A stretch of 50,860 bases of DNA from positions 1-50,860 of the IMG/VR virus record IMGVR_UViG_3300047408_000275. One strand, given 5' to 3'. A program made the position numbers and the translations under genes. This DNA comes from a virus (lineage: Duplodnaviria; Caudoviricetes). Shown piece by piece: positions 34,610 to 44,426 of the stretch. The notes beneath the pieces are model-generated. The model was not told the origin of the DNA and searched no databases. It worked only from the letters and a program-made list of their open reading frames with translations. Numbering within the stretch: position 1 is the first letter of the stretch; each line of letters begins with the position of its first letter.

Positions 34610-35311
34610 ATGGCTTTAAATGCGCCGGCAACTGGTTACTTAAATGTTCTCGTGGGCGATCCTGGAACAAATAATGCGACACCATCTTCAACGTTAGTTG
34701 GCGGTGTTCCTATTAGTTCTGTCATTGAACTTCAATCTACGACACGTGGTTTTGTTCCGCCAAGAATGACAACTGCTCAGCGTTTGGCAATCGTCACAAC
34801 TACAGACAGTATGCAGGTTTACGATACGGACTTGGGCGCATTGTTCATGAGAGCAGGCGGCGTTTGGGTATTGGCGACATCGTCAAAAAGTATTCAATAT
34901 GCAACGGGTGCTTTAACGCGCGCTCAGTTGATAACAATGTTTACTGTGCCGACAACGCTTCTAGCGACGCCTGGTGCTGGATTCATAAATGTTGTTAATG
35001 GATTTATGTTGAATCTTACTTACGGCGTGGGGGCTGCCCCATTCGTCGGCGGTGGAGATATTACATTGCAATATACAGCTGCAAGTAACCCTGGTGCTGG
35101 CTTTGATGCTTCTGAAGATATTTCAGCAGCGATGTTTACTGGCGCTGCCGTAAATAAATCCTCGTTTGCAAATGGTCATATTGATTCAACAACCACAGCT
35201 AATGGTGGAAATGCAGTTATAGCGATTACAAATGCTGCGGCTGATTTCACGGTCGGTACAGCCAGTTCTGCTGTTTGGCATATTTGGTATTCAACGGTTC
35301 CAGTTGCATAA
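34610..35311 (+). CDS. Virion structural protein
   Basis: STTRGFVPPRMTTAQR...VYDTD motif shared with the N-terminus of the 38459 product. Confidence 0.7.
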   Translation: MALNAPATGYLNVLVGDPGTNNATPSSTLVGGVPISSVIELQSTTRGFVPPRMTTAQRLAIVTTTDSMQVYDTDLGALFMRAGGVWVLATSSKSIQYATGALTRAQLITMFTVPTTLLATPGAGFINVVNGFMLNLTYGVGAAPFVGGGDITLQYTAASNPGAGFDASEDISAAMFTGAAVNKSSFANGHIDSTTTANGGNAVIAITNAAADFTVGTASSAVWHIWYSTVPVA

Positions 35312-35337
35312 GGTTTTTTAAACGTAAGGAGACGAAA

Positions 35338-35589
35338 ATGAGCATGGAGTTAATCAACAAGATTGAGGCTAAGATTTCTGAATTGGAAAATCAATTTAAG
35401 AAAAATACTGATTTCATTGTGAGCGCGAACTCTAGTATCGACAAGCTAGTTGCAGATAAGAATTCTGCGACGAGTGAATGCAATGTCATCAATGGTATGG
35501 TTCAGGCGTTCAGAGGTGTCATAGCAGAGGTAAAAGCGATGCTTTCACCTAATGCTGAGGCTAAACCTGACATTCAACCTGTTGAATAG
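35338..35589 (+). CDS. Small coiled-coil protein
   Basis: AGGAG RBS and heptad pattern. Confidence 0.7.
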   Translation: MSMELINKIEAKISELENQFKKNTDFIVSANSSIDKLVADKNSATSECNVINGMVQAFRGVIAEVKAMLSPNAEAKPDIQPVE

Positions 35590-35597
35590 GATTTTAA

Positions 35598-36281
35598 ATG
35601 TCTAAGCCAGTGAAAATTTTATGGCCTTTAGCGGATGTTGTTGCGGTTTGCTTAACGCAAGCTAATACGGCTGGAATCCCGTTGTTAATCAATGGGACTC
35701 TTGCAACCACAGATACGACGGTTGCTACTTATGCTCAATTTCCTGGTATAGCAAGAACCGTTTCAATAACGTCTGGCGGAAATCTTGCAGGCGTTCAATA
35801 CACAATCCAGGGAACAGATGTTTTTAATAATCCTGTCTCAGAGACGAGAGCAGGTCCAAATGCGACCACTGTTTACACAGCTCAGAAATTTAATACCGTT
35901 ACATCTGTAACGCCTGACACAACAAATGCCACAACGGTTAGGATTGGAACAGGGCTTACGGGTCAAACAGTTTGGTATAGAAGTGATTTTTATCGTCCAT
36001 ACAATGCGCTTACTGTTGCTGCCTTTGTTAATGCGGGCGTAGTTAGCTATACATTTGATACTACATTGGATGATCCAGCAGACCCAGCGGGTCCGGTATT
36101 ATGGGACGTCATAGATGGAGTCACTACGCCAACGATTCCTACTGCAACCCCAATGATAAATGCTTCTGTATCTATTATATCGACTTATTATTTTCCAACA
36201 AATGCTTCTAGGATACTCATTAATGCTTCAGATGCAGCAACGCATATGGAAATATCATTTCTTCAACAGGGGCTAAATTAA
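35598..36281 (+). CDS. Virion structural protein
   Basis: R.V.ITS.GN..G..YTI.GTD......SET..GPN..TV motif, Thr-rich. Confidence 0.7.
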   Translation: MSKPVKILWPLADVVAVCLTQANTAGIPLLINGTLATTDTTVATYAQFPGIARTVSITSGGNLAGVQYTIQGTDVFNNPVSETRAGPNATTVYTAQKFNTVTSVTPDTTNATTVRIGTGLTGQTVWYRSDFYRPYNALTVAAFVNAGVVSYTFDTTLDDPADPAGPVLWDVIDGVTTPTIPTATPMINASVSIISTYYFPTNASRILINASDAATHMEISFLQQGLN

Positions 36282-36506
36282 ATGAGTCGCTCTAAAAAGA
36301 TGGATATGTATCGTGAAGGCGGGGAATCTGGAGGAAAATGGATCAAAGGCGCTATTGGAAAGCCTGGTGCGCTTCATCGTTCTTTGCATGTTCCAAAAGG
36401 TCGTAAAATTCCGGCCTCAAAATTAAACAGTGCATTGCATTCTAGAAATGCTTTAACGCGTAAGCGAGCTAATTTAGCTAAAACGTTAGAAAGTTTTCAT
36501 CATTAG
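36282..36506 (+). CDS. Small basic phage protein
   Basis: KWI..AI.KPGALH..L.VP.G.KIP..KL...RA.LA.TL motif. Confidence 0.75.
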   Translation: MSRSKKMDMYREGGESGGKWIKGAIGKPGALHRSLHVPKGRKIPASKLNSALHSRNALTRKRANLAKTLESFHH

Positions 36507-36526
36507 GATTTTTAGTGGATGGGTAA

Positions 36527-37579
36527 ATGTCAACATCAGGCACGTATAATTTTGGTTCTCCTCAGAATGTTGAGATTATAACAGACGCTTACGAGCGTAC
36601 TGGCGTCTTGCCTGACTTTATTACTCAGCAAAAAATCTACACTGCCTTACGTTCCATTAACTTCATATTGCAATCTTGGGTAAATAAAGGCCTAAATCTA
36701 TTCACTGTCAAGCAAGGGATGATATCTCTTAATAATGGCCAAACAGCTTATACGCTTCCAAATCATGGCATTGATATTCTTGAGGCTACGGTTAGAACCT
36801 CTTCCAGAAACTTAGGTGGAACGCCTGCCTCTGCTCCTGGCGGTATAGCTGGAAATGCGTTTGACGGAAATCCATTAACTGCCTGTACGCAAACGGGCCC
36901 AAATGGAAATATCTCCTATAACTGGGGCACTGGAAACTTTGCAATTTCTATGCTTGGCATTACATCATTTGCAACCAATGATTACACGTTGTCGGCTCAG
37001 TTTTCATTCGATGGCATTACGTGGACAACCTGTCTAACAATACCGACACAAACGTACGTTCAGAATCAGCTAACCTGGTTTGTCATTCCAGTTCCTGTTC
37101 CTGCAAGCAATTTTAGAATTCTGGAAACCGGTGGTGCTACCTTAAATATCAATGAGCTGTATTTCAATACAAACATCAATGACACGATTATTAACCGTGC
37201 ATCACGAAGTGAATACATAGCATTTCCAAATAAGACACAGACAGGGAGACCCTCAAGCTTTTGGGTAGACCGTCAGATTAATCCTGTTGTTTATATATAT
37301 CTGACGCCAGATGGCACATATAACAACCTGTTTTATACGTATACGCAGCAGATACAAGATATCGGCGCCCTAGTAGATACGGCAGGAATTCCAGCGCGAT
37401 TCTTGGAAGCATTAACAGCTGAATTAGCATTTAGGCTATCCATTAAGGAAGGAAAGCTCGATGTTGCTCAGACGTTGGCCGCACTTTCTGCGCAAGCGTA
37501 TTCCGAAGCCGCGATGGAAGATAGAGAGCGTGTACCGCTTAGGATTTATGGCGATTACATGCAGGGATGGACGCAATGA
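36527..37579 (+). CDS. Head-tail adaptor with inserted discoidin-like domain
   Basis: TSGTYNF, RS.N.....W.N.GLNL, SR.EY...PNK...GRP and P.RF..AL...LA motifs, with an AFDGN..T...S.DG.TW insert. Confidence 0.7.
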   Translation: MSTSGTYNFGSPQNVEIITDAYERTGVLPDFITQQKIYTALRSINFILQSWVNKGLNLFTVKQGMISLNNGQTAYTLPNHGIDILEATVRTSSRNLGGTPASAPGGIAGNAFDGNPLTACTQTGPNGNISYNWGTGNFAISMLGITSFATNDYTLSAQFSFDGITWTTCLTIPTQTYVQNQLTWFVIPVPVPASNFRILETGGATLNINELYFNTNINDTIINRASRSEYIAFPNKTQTGRPSSFWVDRQINPVVYIYLTPDGTYNNLFYTYTQQIQDIGALVDTAGIPARFLEALTAELAFRLSIKEGKLDVAQTLAALSAQAYSEAAMEDRERVPLRIYGDYMQGWTQ

Positions 37580-38085
37580 GTGATAGACCAAAAGGTAAGC
37601 ATGTCATTGTTGATCCAGATTCTCCAATGGCTCTTGGCATCTGCGATAAGACGGGATTTGTGTTTAGACGAATTGACCTGGTTCGGCAAATGGAATGGCG
37701 TGGAAACGCATTGGTTTGGACAGGCTTTATGGTTGGAAAGCCATATGCAGACCAACCAAATCAGCAATTACGTCCGCCCATATTACCGCCAGACCCGGTG
37801 CCTGTTCAATGGCCTCGCACGCAACAACCCTCATCGGTTTATTGGGCTAATCAGAGCGTCCCCTGGAGTCAATTGACCGTTGTGAACTGGGTTAGCTGGG
37901 GCGGAACCGAAGACGGAACACTGGCAGCACCTGAGAATCAAAGATTGTCGGCATTGCAGGCGGAAACGCAACCACCTGTTAATTTTCAAAGTGCTGGCGT
38001 TCCTCAATATCAGCAACCAACACAGGCTCAGATTTTGCAATCTTTGCAAGGATATAACTGGAATACGTATGGCAACATTAACTAA
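37576..38085 (+). CDS. Conserved tail-module protein
   Basis: A.GICD..GF......L...EW.G...D.P..QL...DP.P...PR pattern. Confidence 0.7.
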   Translation: MSDRPKGKHVIVDPDSPMALGICDKTGFVFRRIDLVRQMEWRGNALVWTGFMVGKPYADQPNQQLRPPILPPDPVPVQWPRTQQPSSVYWANQSVPWSQLTVVNWVSWGGTEDGTLAAPENQRLSALQAETQPPVNFQSAGVPQYQQPTQAQILQSLQGYNWNTYGNIN

Positions 38086-38449
38086 TTTAGCGCCGCAATC
38101 TAGCTTTGCGGGTTTATTAAATACACTTTCGACAGGTGGGCTAACGCCTGTTTTACAAGTTATTCAAGATGGTTTTGGCAATAACTCAATACTTTCGTTA
38201 TCTACGACTGCATTAGATATCAACGGAACACTTTCTTTTGGGGGTGTGCCACTTCTAGCAACTCCAGACCAGATTGATAACGTTTGTGTAAATGCTTCTT
38301 TTTCTGCATTTACGACCGCCGTTAGAGTTCCTTCTGGCACAACAGCGCAAAGACCCGGCGTACCTTTTAATGGGGATATTCGATACAACACTACGACCAA
38401 TAGAGGCGAAATGTTCGCAAATGGCGTTTGGCAAGATTTAACTGCATAG
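38069..38449 (+). CDS. Short fibre-type structural protein
   Basis: VPSGTTAQRP....G.IRYNTT...E....W motif. Confidence 0.75.
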   Translation: MATLTNLAPQSSFAGLLNTLSTGGLTPVLQVIQDGFGNNSILSLSTTALDINGTLSFGGVPLLATPDQIDNVCVNASFSAFTTAVRVPSGTTAQRPGVPFNGDIRYNTTTNRGEMFANGVWQDLTA

Positions 38450-38458
38450 GATTAAGAT

Positions 38459-40738
38459 ATGATTAATTTAAACTCTCCCACAACATTTACTTCTGGTTTA
38501 TTAGTAACGGACACTTATCGCCCTGTCGGCGGCTCCCCTGATTCTATTCCTACTCTATCTGAAAATGGTAATGGAGCTATCAGTTCTGCGCTTGAGATAA
38601 ATTCAACCTCTGGTGGTGTTCTTATTCCTAGGATGACGACTGCACAAATTAACTTGCTGAATGCTGATAACGCATTAATGGTTTATGACACAACGCTTAA
38701 CCAGTTTAAGTTTTTTCAAGGCGGTGCTTTCGTTGCATATAGTACAGGTGGTGGCGCTGGATATTCTCCAGGAAACCCTACATTTCTACAAGATACATCT
38801 GCTGCTGGTACATTTAATGTATCTGTTGGTACGCCACCTGCGACATTTGGTGGGGGCGGAATGCGAATCGTGGCTATTGGTGACCAAGCCGTAGAATCAA
38901 ACACAAACGGAACTGACCTGATTGCCATAGGGTACCGAAGCTTAATTGGAAATACGACCGGATCATTTAATATAGCCATCGGAACACAATCTATGCTTCT
39001 TAATACAGTCGGCTCTAATTGTACAGCTGTAGGATATAGGGCGCTATTTTCTAATGATGCCGATAATAATACTGCCGTCGGATATTTTGCCCTTAATCTT
39101 AATGCCGACGGAATTGACAATGTAGCTGTAGGCGGACTTGCTTTAGAGTCAAATGATAAAGGGGACTATAATACAGCCGTCGGATATCTAGCATTGGCTT
39201 CAATTCAAACTACGGATGACTCATCTGCATTTGGAAATCGAGCACTTACTAACAGTGTCGGTGGGGAAAACTCTGCTTTTGGTTCTCTCGCGGGAACGTC
39301 GAACGCTACTGGGATCATTGATTGTTTTGGTTTCTCTTCCTTAACATCTAATACAAGCGGTATTCATAATAGCGCATTTTCCGCACTATCGATGGCGGAA
39401 AACGTAGACGGCTCTAACAATAGTTCTTTTGGTACATTCTCTCTTCAGCATAATATATCTGGCTCAAGAAACTGTGCTTTTGGTGCATTCAGCGCAAGAG
39501 CTAATACAGGAAGCGATAACTCAGTATATGGTTATTTTGCATTAGATTCTAATGCTGCTGGGAATCAAAACTCATCATTTGGCGCTGCGTCCTTACGTTC
39601 AGCAACCGCAGTTTCCGATTGCTCTGCATTTGGATATAACGCGCTTACCGTTAACCAATCTAATGAAAACACTGCATTTGGATCACTTTGTGCTAGCTCA
39701 AATACGACTGGCGTAAATATAACGGCTATGGGATATCAATCCATAACTTCAAATATTAGCGGAAACGATTTAACTTCCATAGGATTTTTAGCGCTTTCTG
39801 CAAATACGACTGGTGATAATTGTACAGCTGTTGGTTCTCTGGCGCTATCATTAAGTAACGGGGATAATAATACTGCTGTAGGATTCCATGCCCTTCAATC
39901 TAACACGACTGGAACGGATAATTGTTCAGTTGGAACATCTGCATTAGGTTCAAATGTTGGAGGAAGTTTCAATACATCAGTTGGCTCTGGCTCAAATTCT
40001 GTTAGCACAGCAAGCAACAATAGCTCATTCGGATATCAAAGTTTAAATATCAATTCTGATGGTAACTCTAACTCGGCATTTGGTTATCAAGCCGGTGCGT
40101 TCATTGTGCACGGAGACAGCAACGTATTCGTAGGAGACGATGCAGGTGGAAATACAGCTGCCACTTTTAATAATTGTACATTCATAGGAAGCGGTGCTAA
40201 TGCAAGTGTGGATGGGTTGACTAATGCTACCGCTATTGGAAATAACGCTTCTGTTGCAATAAGTAATGCACTTGTACTTGGTGATTCAACGGCGCCTACA
40301 TTCGTTGGTATTGGAACGGATAGTCCAGAAAATGAACTGCACGTTCTTGGGGTTATTCAGCTTAGATCAACATCAGCCATCACAGGTTCAGGCGTATTTT
40401 TTCAACAATATACTGGACCGACAACAGTTGCAGGCAGAATATTCTTTCCGCTTGATACTTCGTTAACTATTCAAACAGTGGTTGTCAAGGTAACTATATG
40501 TATCACCGCTGGCGTTGGTTCTGCTGCTTATGGATCTTCAACCTGTGCAGCCATATGGAATGGAGCCTCAACGGTATCTGTAGGCGCAATCCCAACAATT
40601 ACGCTCACCAATGGTGGAGTAGTAACGCCTGCCGCCACCTGGAGCATATCTGGAAATAATTTAGCTTTGACAATGAGCACTGGCGGTCTTCCTGAACGGT
40701 ATATGGTGAGCGCTGAATATTTTTACGATGATGTTTAG
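38459..40738 (+). CDS. Tail fibre/adhesin with YadA-head-like 14-aa repeats
   Basis: Many N(T/S)A(V/F)G..(A/S)L..N..G repeats. Confidence 0.8.
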   Translation: MINLNSPTTFTSGLLVTDTYRPVGGSPDSIPTLSENGNGAISSALEINSTSGGVLIPRMTTAQINLLNADNALMVYDTTLNQFKFFQGGAFVAYSTGGGAGYSPGNPTFLQDTSAAGTFNVSVGTPPATFGGGGMRIVAIGDQAVESNTNGTDLIAIGYRSLIGNTTGSFNIAIGTQSMLLNTVGSNCTAVGYRALFSNDADNNTAVGYFALNLNADGIDNVAVGGLALESNDKGDYNTAVGYLALASIQTTDDSSAFGNRALTNSVGGENSAFGSLAGTSNATGIIDCFGFSSLTSNTSGIHNSAFSALSMAENVDGSNNSSFGTFSLQHNISGSRNCAFGAFSARANTGSDNSVYGYFALDSNAAGNQNSSFGAASLRSATAVSDCSAFGYNALTVNQSNENTAFGSLCASSNTTGVNITAMGYQSITSNISGNDLTSIGFLALSANTTGDNCTAVGSLALSLSNGDNNTAVGFHALQSNTTGTDNCSVGTSALGSNVGGSFNTSVGSGSNSVSTASNNSSFGYQSLNINSDGNSNSAFGYQAGAFIVHGDSNVFVGDDAGGNTAATFNNCTFIGSGANASVDGLTNATAIGNNASVAISNALVLGDSTAPTFVGIGTDSPENELHVLGVIQLRSTSAITGSGVFFQQYTGPTTVAGRIFFPLDTSLTIQTVVVKVTICITAGVGSAAYGSSTCAAIWNGASTVSVGAIPTITLTNGGVVTPAATWSISGNNLALTMSTGGLPERYMVSAEYFYDDV

Positions 40739-40747
40739 GTACATAAA

Positions 40748-41392
40748 ATGGTAATGACGTACACAAGTCTCGTTAATCAAGTGATAAGCTATCTCGATAG
40801 AGAAGGCGATGTTGCTACGTCTGAACAAATACCAAATTTCATCTATCAAGCGCAACAACGTTTAGCATTAGCATGCAAAACAATAGGCCTTGAATCATAC
40901 GTCGTAGGCGTATTTATACCTGGACAATCTGTTTATCAAAAGCCCGCAAATTGGCGACGTAACATCAGCATGAATGTCGGTTCAGGTGCGGGATTCAATA
41001 CACGTAATCCCGTCTTGCTCAGAACCTATGAATTCTTGCGTAGTTATACGCCAAATTCGGCCGATGTAACAAAGCGCGCGTTACCACAATTCTATTCAGA
41101 TTACGGGTTTTCCAACTATCTGGTAGCGCCAACTCCTGACCAAGCATATCCCTATGAGTATGCTTTTTTGAAGCTACCAGACCCTGTTACCGATATAAAC
41201 CAAACGAATTGGTGGACGAACTTTGCGCCACAAGTTTTATTAAACGCAACACTTCTAGAGGCAATGTATTTCTTGAAAGACGATGACCGTATTCAAGTTT
41301 ACAAAGCCGCTACAGATGAAGGGATACAACTTATCAACACCCAAGACGATATGAGAATCGTCGACAGGTCAAGTGCGAGGCAGTCTGACTAA
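40748..41392 (+). CDS. Second adaptor / tail tubular-like protein
   Basis: MTY.SL...V..YL.R......IP.FI..A..R, APTPD..Y and NW....AP..LL..TL.EA..FLK motifs. Confidence 0.7.
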   Translation: MVMTYTSLVNQVISYLDREGDVATSEQIPNFIYQAQQRLALACKTIGLESYVVGVFIPGQSVYQKPANWRRNISMNVGSGAGFNTRNPVLLRTYEFLRSYTPNSADVTKRALPQFYSDYGFSNYLVAPTPDQAYPYEYAFLKLPDPVTDINQTNWWTNFAPQVLLNATLLEAMYFLKDDDRIQVYKAATDEGIQLINTQDDMRIVDRSSARQSD

Positions 41393-42915
41393 TGGCTACT
41401 CCAGATAACATTTTTCCTCTTGCATGTCAGCCCGGAGTTCAGCGGGATGGAACGACTTTCGATTCACCAAACTATATCGATAGTAAATGGTGCAGATGGT
41501 ATCGCGGAAAACCACAAAAAATTGGCGGTTATAACAAAATGTTTAACTGGCCAACTAATGTTCCACGTGGAGTATTTGTTGTTCCTCAGACACCTTTGTT
41601 TAATATCTATGTTGGCGATTCTGACAGTCTTAAGTATTTTCCTGCTGATAATGCCACGGGATTAGCAGTTGGCCCTGCTGTTGATAGAACTCCTGCGTCG
41701 TTGACACCAAGCACTTTTAACACTTGGATTTTTGATGTCATGTATTCGACGGTAGATAACTCGGGAATTCTTATAGCAATGGCAACTCAGAATTTATACT
41801 CTATCGACCAAACGGTGGAATCTCCTATATTTTATGGTGATATAAATGCAAATACGCCATTAATAGAGACGGGATTTTATACCAGTGGTGGATTTGTTGT
41901 ATTGCATCCATTCCTGTTTTTATTTGGAAATGATGGAAATGTGACTTGGACAAATAGTAACGATCCAACCACAAAATTAGGCGATGCGAGAATCACAGGA
42001 AGTAAGGTTTTAACTGGTCTTCCTACACGGGGTGGAAATTTTTCTCCAGCTGGACTTCTCTGGAGCTTGGACAGCGTCATTCGTGTAACACAAGTGGGAA
42101 CCGATAGTATTGAGTTTAAATTCGATACGGTTACGTCGGAAAGCTCTCTTTTATCGAGCGCCGGTATCATTGAATATGATGGTAACTATTACTGGGCAGG
42201 TGTAGACAGATTCCTTTGGTACAACGGTGTGGTACAAGAGCTTCCAAACTCAATGTCATTACAGTATTTCTTTGATAACTTAAATTATTCTCAACGACAA
42301 AAAGTCTGGGCAACAAAATATACGAAATACGGTGAGGTATGGTGGCATTATCCTTCTGGAACCAATACCGAATGTGATAAAGCAATTATCTACAACGTCA
42401 GAGAGAATGTTTGGTATGACACATTAAGCGCACGTAGTTCTGGATATTTTGACCAAACATTTACAAGACCTATATGGGCAGACAATGTCGCAAATGCCGG
42501 AAATTATACAATTTGGAGGCATGAAATCGGTGTTGACCAAGTTGTTGATGATGTGCATACGGCTATTCAATCTAATTTTGAAATGAGTGTGATGGCATGG
42601 GTTGCAAATGGGCCTGGTGGTCAAAATAGCGCGACAGATAAAACCGTATATGCCTATCGATTTGAGCCAGATTTTGTGCAAACCGGCAATTTAACGCTCG
42701 TTGTTAAAGGAAGAGAATATGCAAATTCCATCGTAGAAGAATCTACGGGCTATATATTTAATAGTGATCCATTTTCCCCAGATTTTAAATTAAAAATAGA
42801 TTTGCGAGAACAGAGAAGATTAATGACGTTGCGATTTGATAGCAATGTCATCGGTGGATATTACCAGATGGGCAAGTGTTTATTAGTTCCAAGAATGGGA
42901 GATACAAGGCCATGA
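41392..42915 (+). CDS. Tail nozzle / head-closure protein (podovirus type)
   Basis: PG.QRDGT, W.R...G.P.KIGG, F..Y.G.V..LP, EVWW.YP...ECD....YN..E..WY. Confidence 0.75.
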   Translation: MATPDNIFPLACQPGVQRDGTTFDSPNYIDSKWCRWYRGKPQKIGGYNKMFNWPTNVPRGVFVVPQTPLFNIYVGDSDSLKYFPADNATGLAVGPAVDRTPASLTPSTFNTWIFDVMYSTVDNSGILIAMATQNLYSIDQTVESPIFYGDINANTPLIETGFYTSGGFVVLHPFLFLFGNDGNVTWTNSNDPTTKLGDARITGSKVLTGLPTRGGNFSPAGLLWSLDSVIRVTQVGTDSIEFKFDTVTSESSLLSSAGIIEYDGNYYWAGVDRFLWYNGVVQELPNSMSLQYFFDNLNYSQRQKVWATKYTKYGEVWWHYPSGTNTECDKAIIYNVRENVWYDTLSARSSGYFDQTFTRPIWADNVANAGNYTIWRHEIGVDQVVDDVHTAIQSNFEMSVMAWVANGPGGQNSATDKTVYAYRFEPDFVQTGNLTLVVKGREYANSIVEESTGYIFNSDPFSPDFKLKIDLREQRRLMTLRFDSNVIGGYYQMGKCLLVPRMGDTRP

Positions 42916-43145
42916 TAATACCAACAAAAGATATATCGTTAAATGCCTTAATCGGCTCAATGGTAATCGATTTTCCAAAAGATAATATCCCGTTATCAGG
43001 AAACGAAGAAAATTGGAAAGACTGGGCGAGCGCTCTATTGCTAGAGAGTTCGTTTCAAAATCTTGGAGCACCAGACCCAAACGCGTTTAAAGATAGAACC
43101 GCATGGGCGCAGGCGTTTTTTCACTCAGTGGCGTCAATTAGTTAG
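42912..43145 (+). CDS. Hypothetical tail-module protein
   Basis: W.DWA..L......PDP..F..W..WA-like pattern and ATGA coupling. Confidence 0.7.
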   Translation: MIIPTKDISLNALIGSMVIDFPKDNIPLSGNEENWKDWASALLLESSFQNLGAPDPNAFKDRTAWAQAFFHSVASIS

Positions 43146-43154
43146 GAGACAATT

Positions 43155-44423
43155 ATGTTCAGTAGTTTATTAGGTGCATTAGGTGGTCCATTAATCAGCG
43201 GTTTAATGGGCGGTGGAGGCGGCGGTGGTAGTAGCGGTGGTAGCTCTGGCGGCGGTTTGGCTGGCGGCCTGAGTAATGCGCTAGGCGGAATATTTAAAAC
43301 CTTTGCGCCATTAGCTGGAACAGCCGGTACGGCACTGGGGACATATTTTGGTGGTCCATTAGGTGGAATGCTGGGCGGAAGTTTAGGAAACGCTGTAGGG
43401 AATATGTTTGGTGGTGGTCAACAAGGACAGCAACAAGGTCAACAACAAGGTCAACAACAAGGTCAACAACAAGGCCAGCAGCAATATGGACCCCAGCAAT
43501 CCTATGGAAATCAAATGGGTACATCCATGGGCAATGCTATGAACCAAGGATTTAATCAATTCATTCCGCAACAATTGCAGGGTCAGACATTTGGCAATAT
43601 GGGAGGCGCCCTAGGCGGCTATCTCGGAAGCCAATTCGGACATCCCAATGCAGGCCGCGCGATTGGAGAAATGGTAAATCCATATATTCAGAGATATATG
43701 CCACAAGACATGCGAGAGCAACAAATGGGTAACTTTGGTGGCTACTTAGGCCAACAAGCCGGCCAACGATTTGATCAAGGAATGCAAAGTCGAGGGTTTA
43801 ACCCTTCAATGGGTGGGGGATATGGCGGCGGCTACGGTGGTGGCCAACAGTCCTATGGACCACCTGGCGGCGCTTCCTTTGGCGGCGAACAAGAGCAATA
43901 TGGCAACATTCCTGAAGCACCTCCATTCGGAGGAGGTGGACAAGAATATGGCAATATTCCCGAAGCCCCCCCATTTGGCGGTGGTGGATATGGCGGTGGA
44001 AACCAATATCCTCAACAAACGCCTTCTAGGCAAAACTTATTGAGCGATATTAGAAACTATCGAAGGCCTGGATCATCTCAGGGAAATTCCAGATCCGAGC
44101 AAGGCGGTTATGGCAACATTCCTGAAGCACCTGCATTTACACCGCCTACCATGGGCTCTTCAGGGATAAGAAGTGGTGCTCATATTGGCCTACGTTCTTC
44201 GACACATCCTGGAAGTTCTGGGAATATATTTGACGAGATAAGGAGCAGAGGTGGCCAGGGTCGTATGGGATTACGTCCTACGCAAACGCGAGCGAGCAGT
44301 GCATATCCCAGAGACGAAACGAATGATTTTATGGGTCGTATGATGGCTCAAAGAAGAGGCTCTATTGAACCATCCGATTACCAATATCAATCTGGTGGAA
44401 AGCCTTACGGCGGAGGATTCTAA
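43155..44423 (+). CDS. Gly/Gln-rich internal virion protein with Pro-rich repeats and WH2/central-like segments
   Basis: Glycine-zipper N-terminus, three copies of YGNIPEAP, SRQNLLSDIR, GNIFDEIRSRGGQGRMGLRPT and MMAQRRGSIEPSD. Confidence 0.75.
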   Translation: MFSSLLGALGGPLISGLMGGGGGGGSSGGSSGGGLAGGLSNALGGIFKTFAPLAGTAGTALGTYFGGPLGGMLGGSLGNAVGNMFGGGQQGQQQGQQQGQQQGQQQGQQQYGPQQSYGNQMGTSMGNAMNQGFNQFIPQQLQGQTFGNMGGALGGYLGSQFGHPNAGRAIGEMVNPYIQRYMPQDMREQQMGNFGGYLGQQAGQRFDQGMQSRGFNPSMGGGYGGGYGGGQQSYGPPGGASFGGEQEQYGNIPEAPPFGGGGQEYGNIPEAPPFGGGGYGGGNQYPQQTPSRQNLLSDIRNYRRPGSSQGNSRSEQGGYGNIPEAPAFTPPTMGSSGIRSGAHIGLRSSTHPGSSGNIFDEIRSRGGQGRMGLRPTQTRASSAYPRDETNDFMGRMMAQRRGSIEPSDYQYQSGGKPYGGGF

Positions 44424-44426
44424 AAA

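Noticed and set aside
38459-40738. Diversity-generating retroelement target
   Set aside because: No reverse transcriptase and no TR/VR pair differing at adenines was seen.
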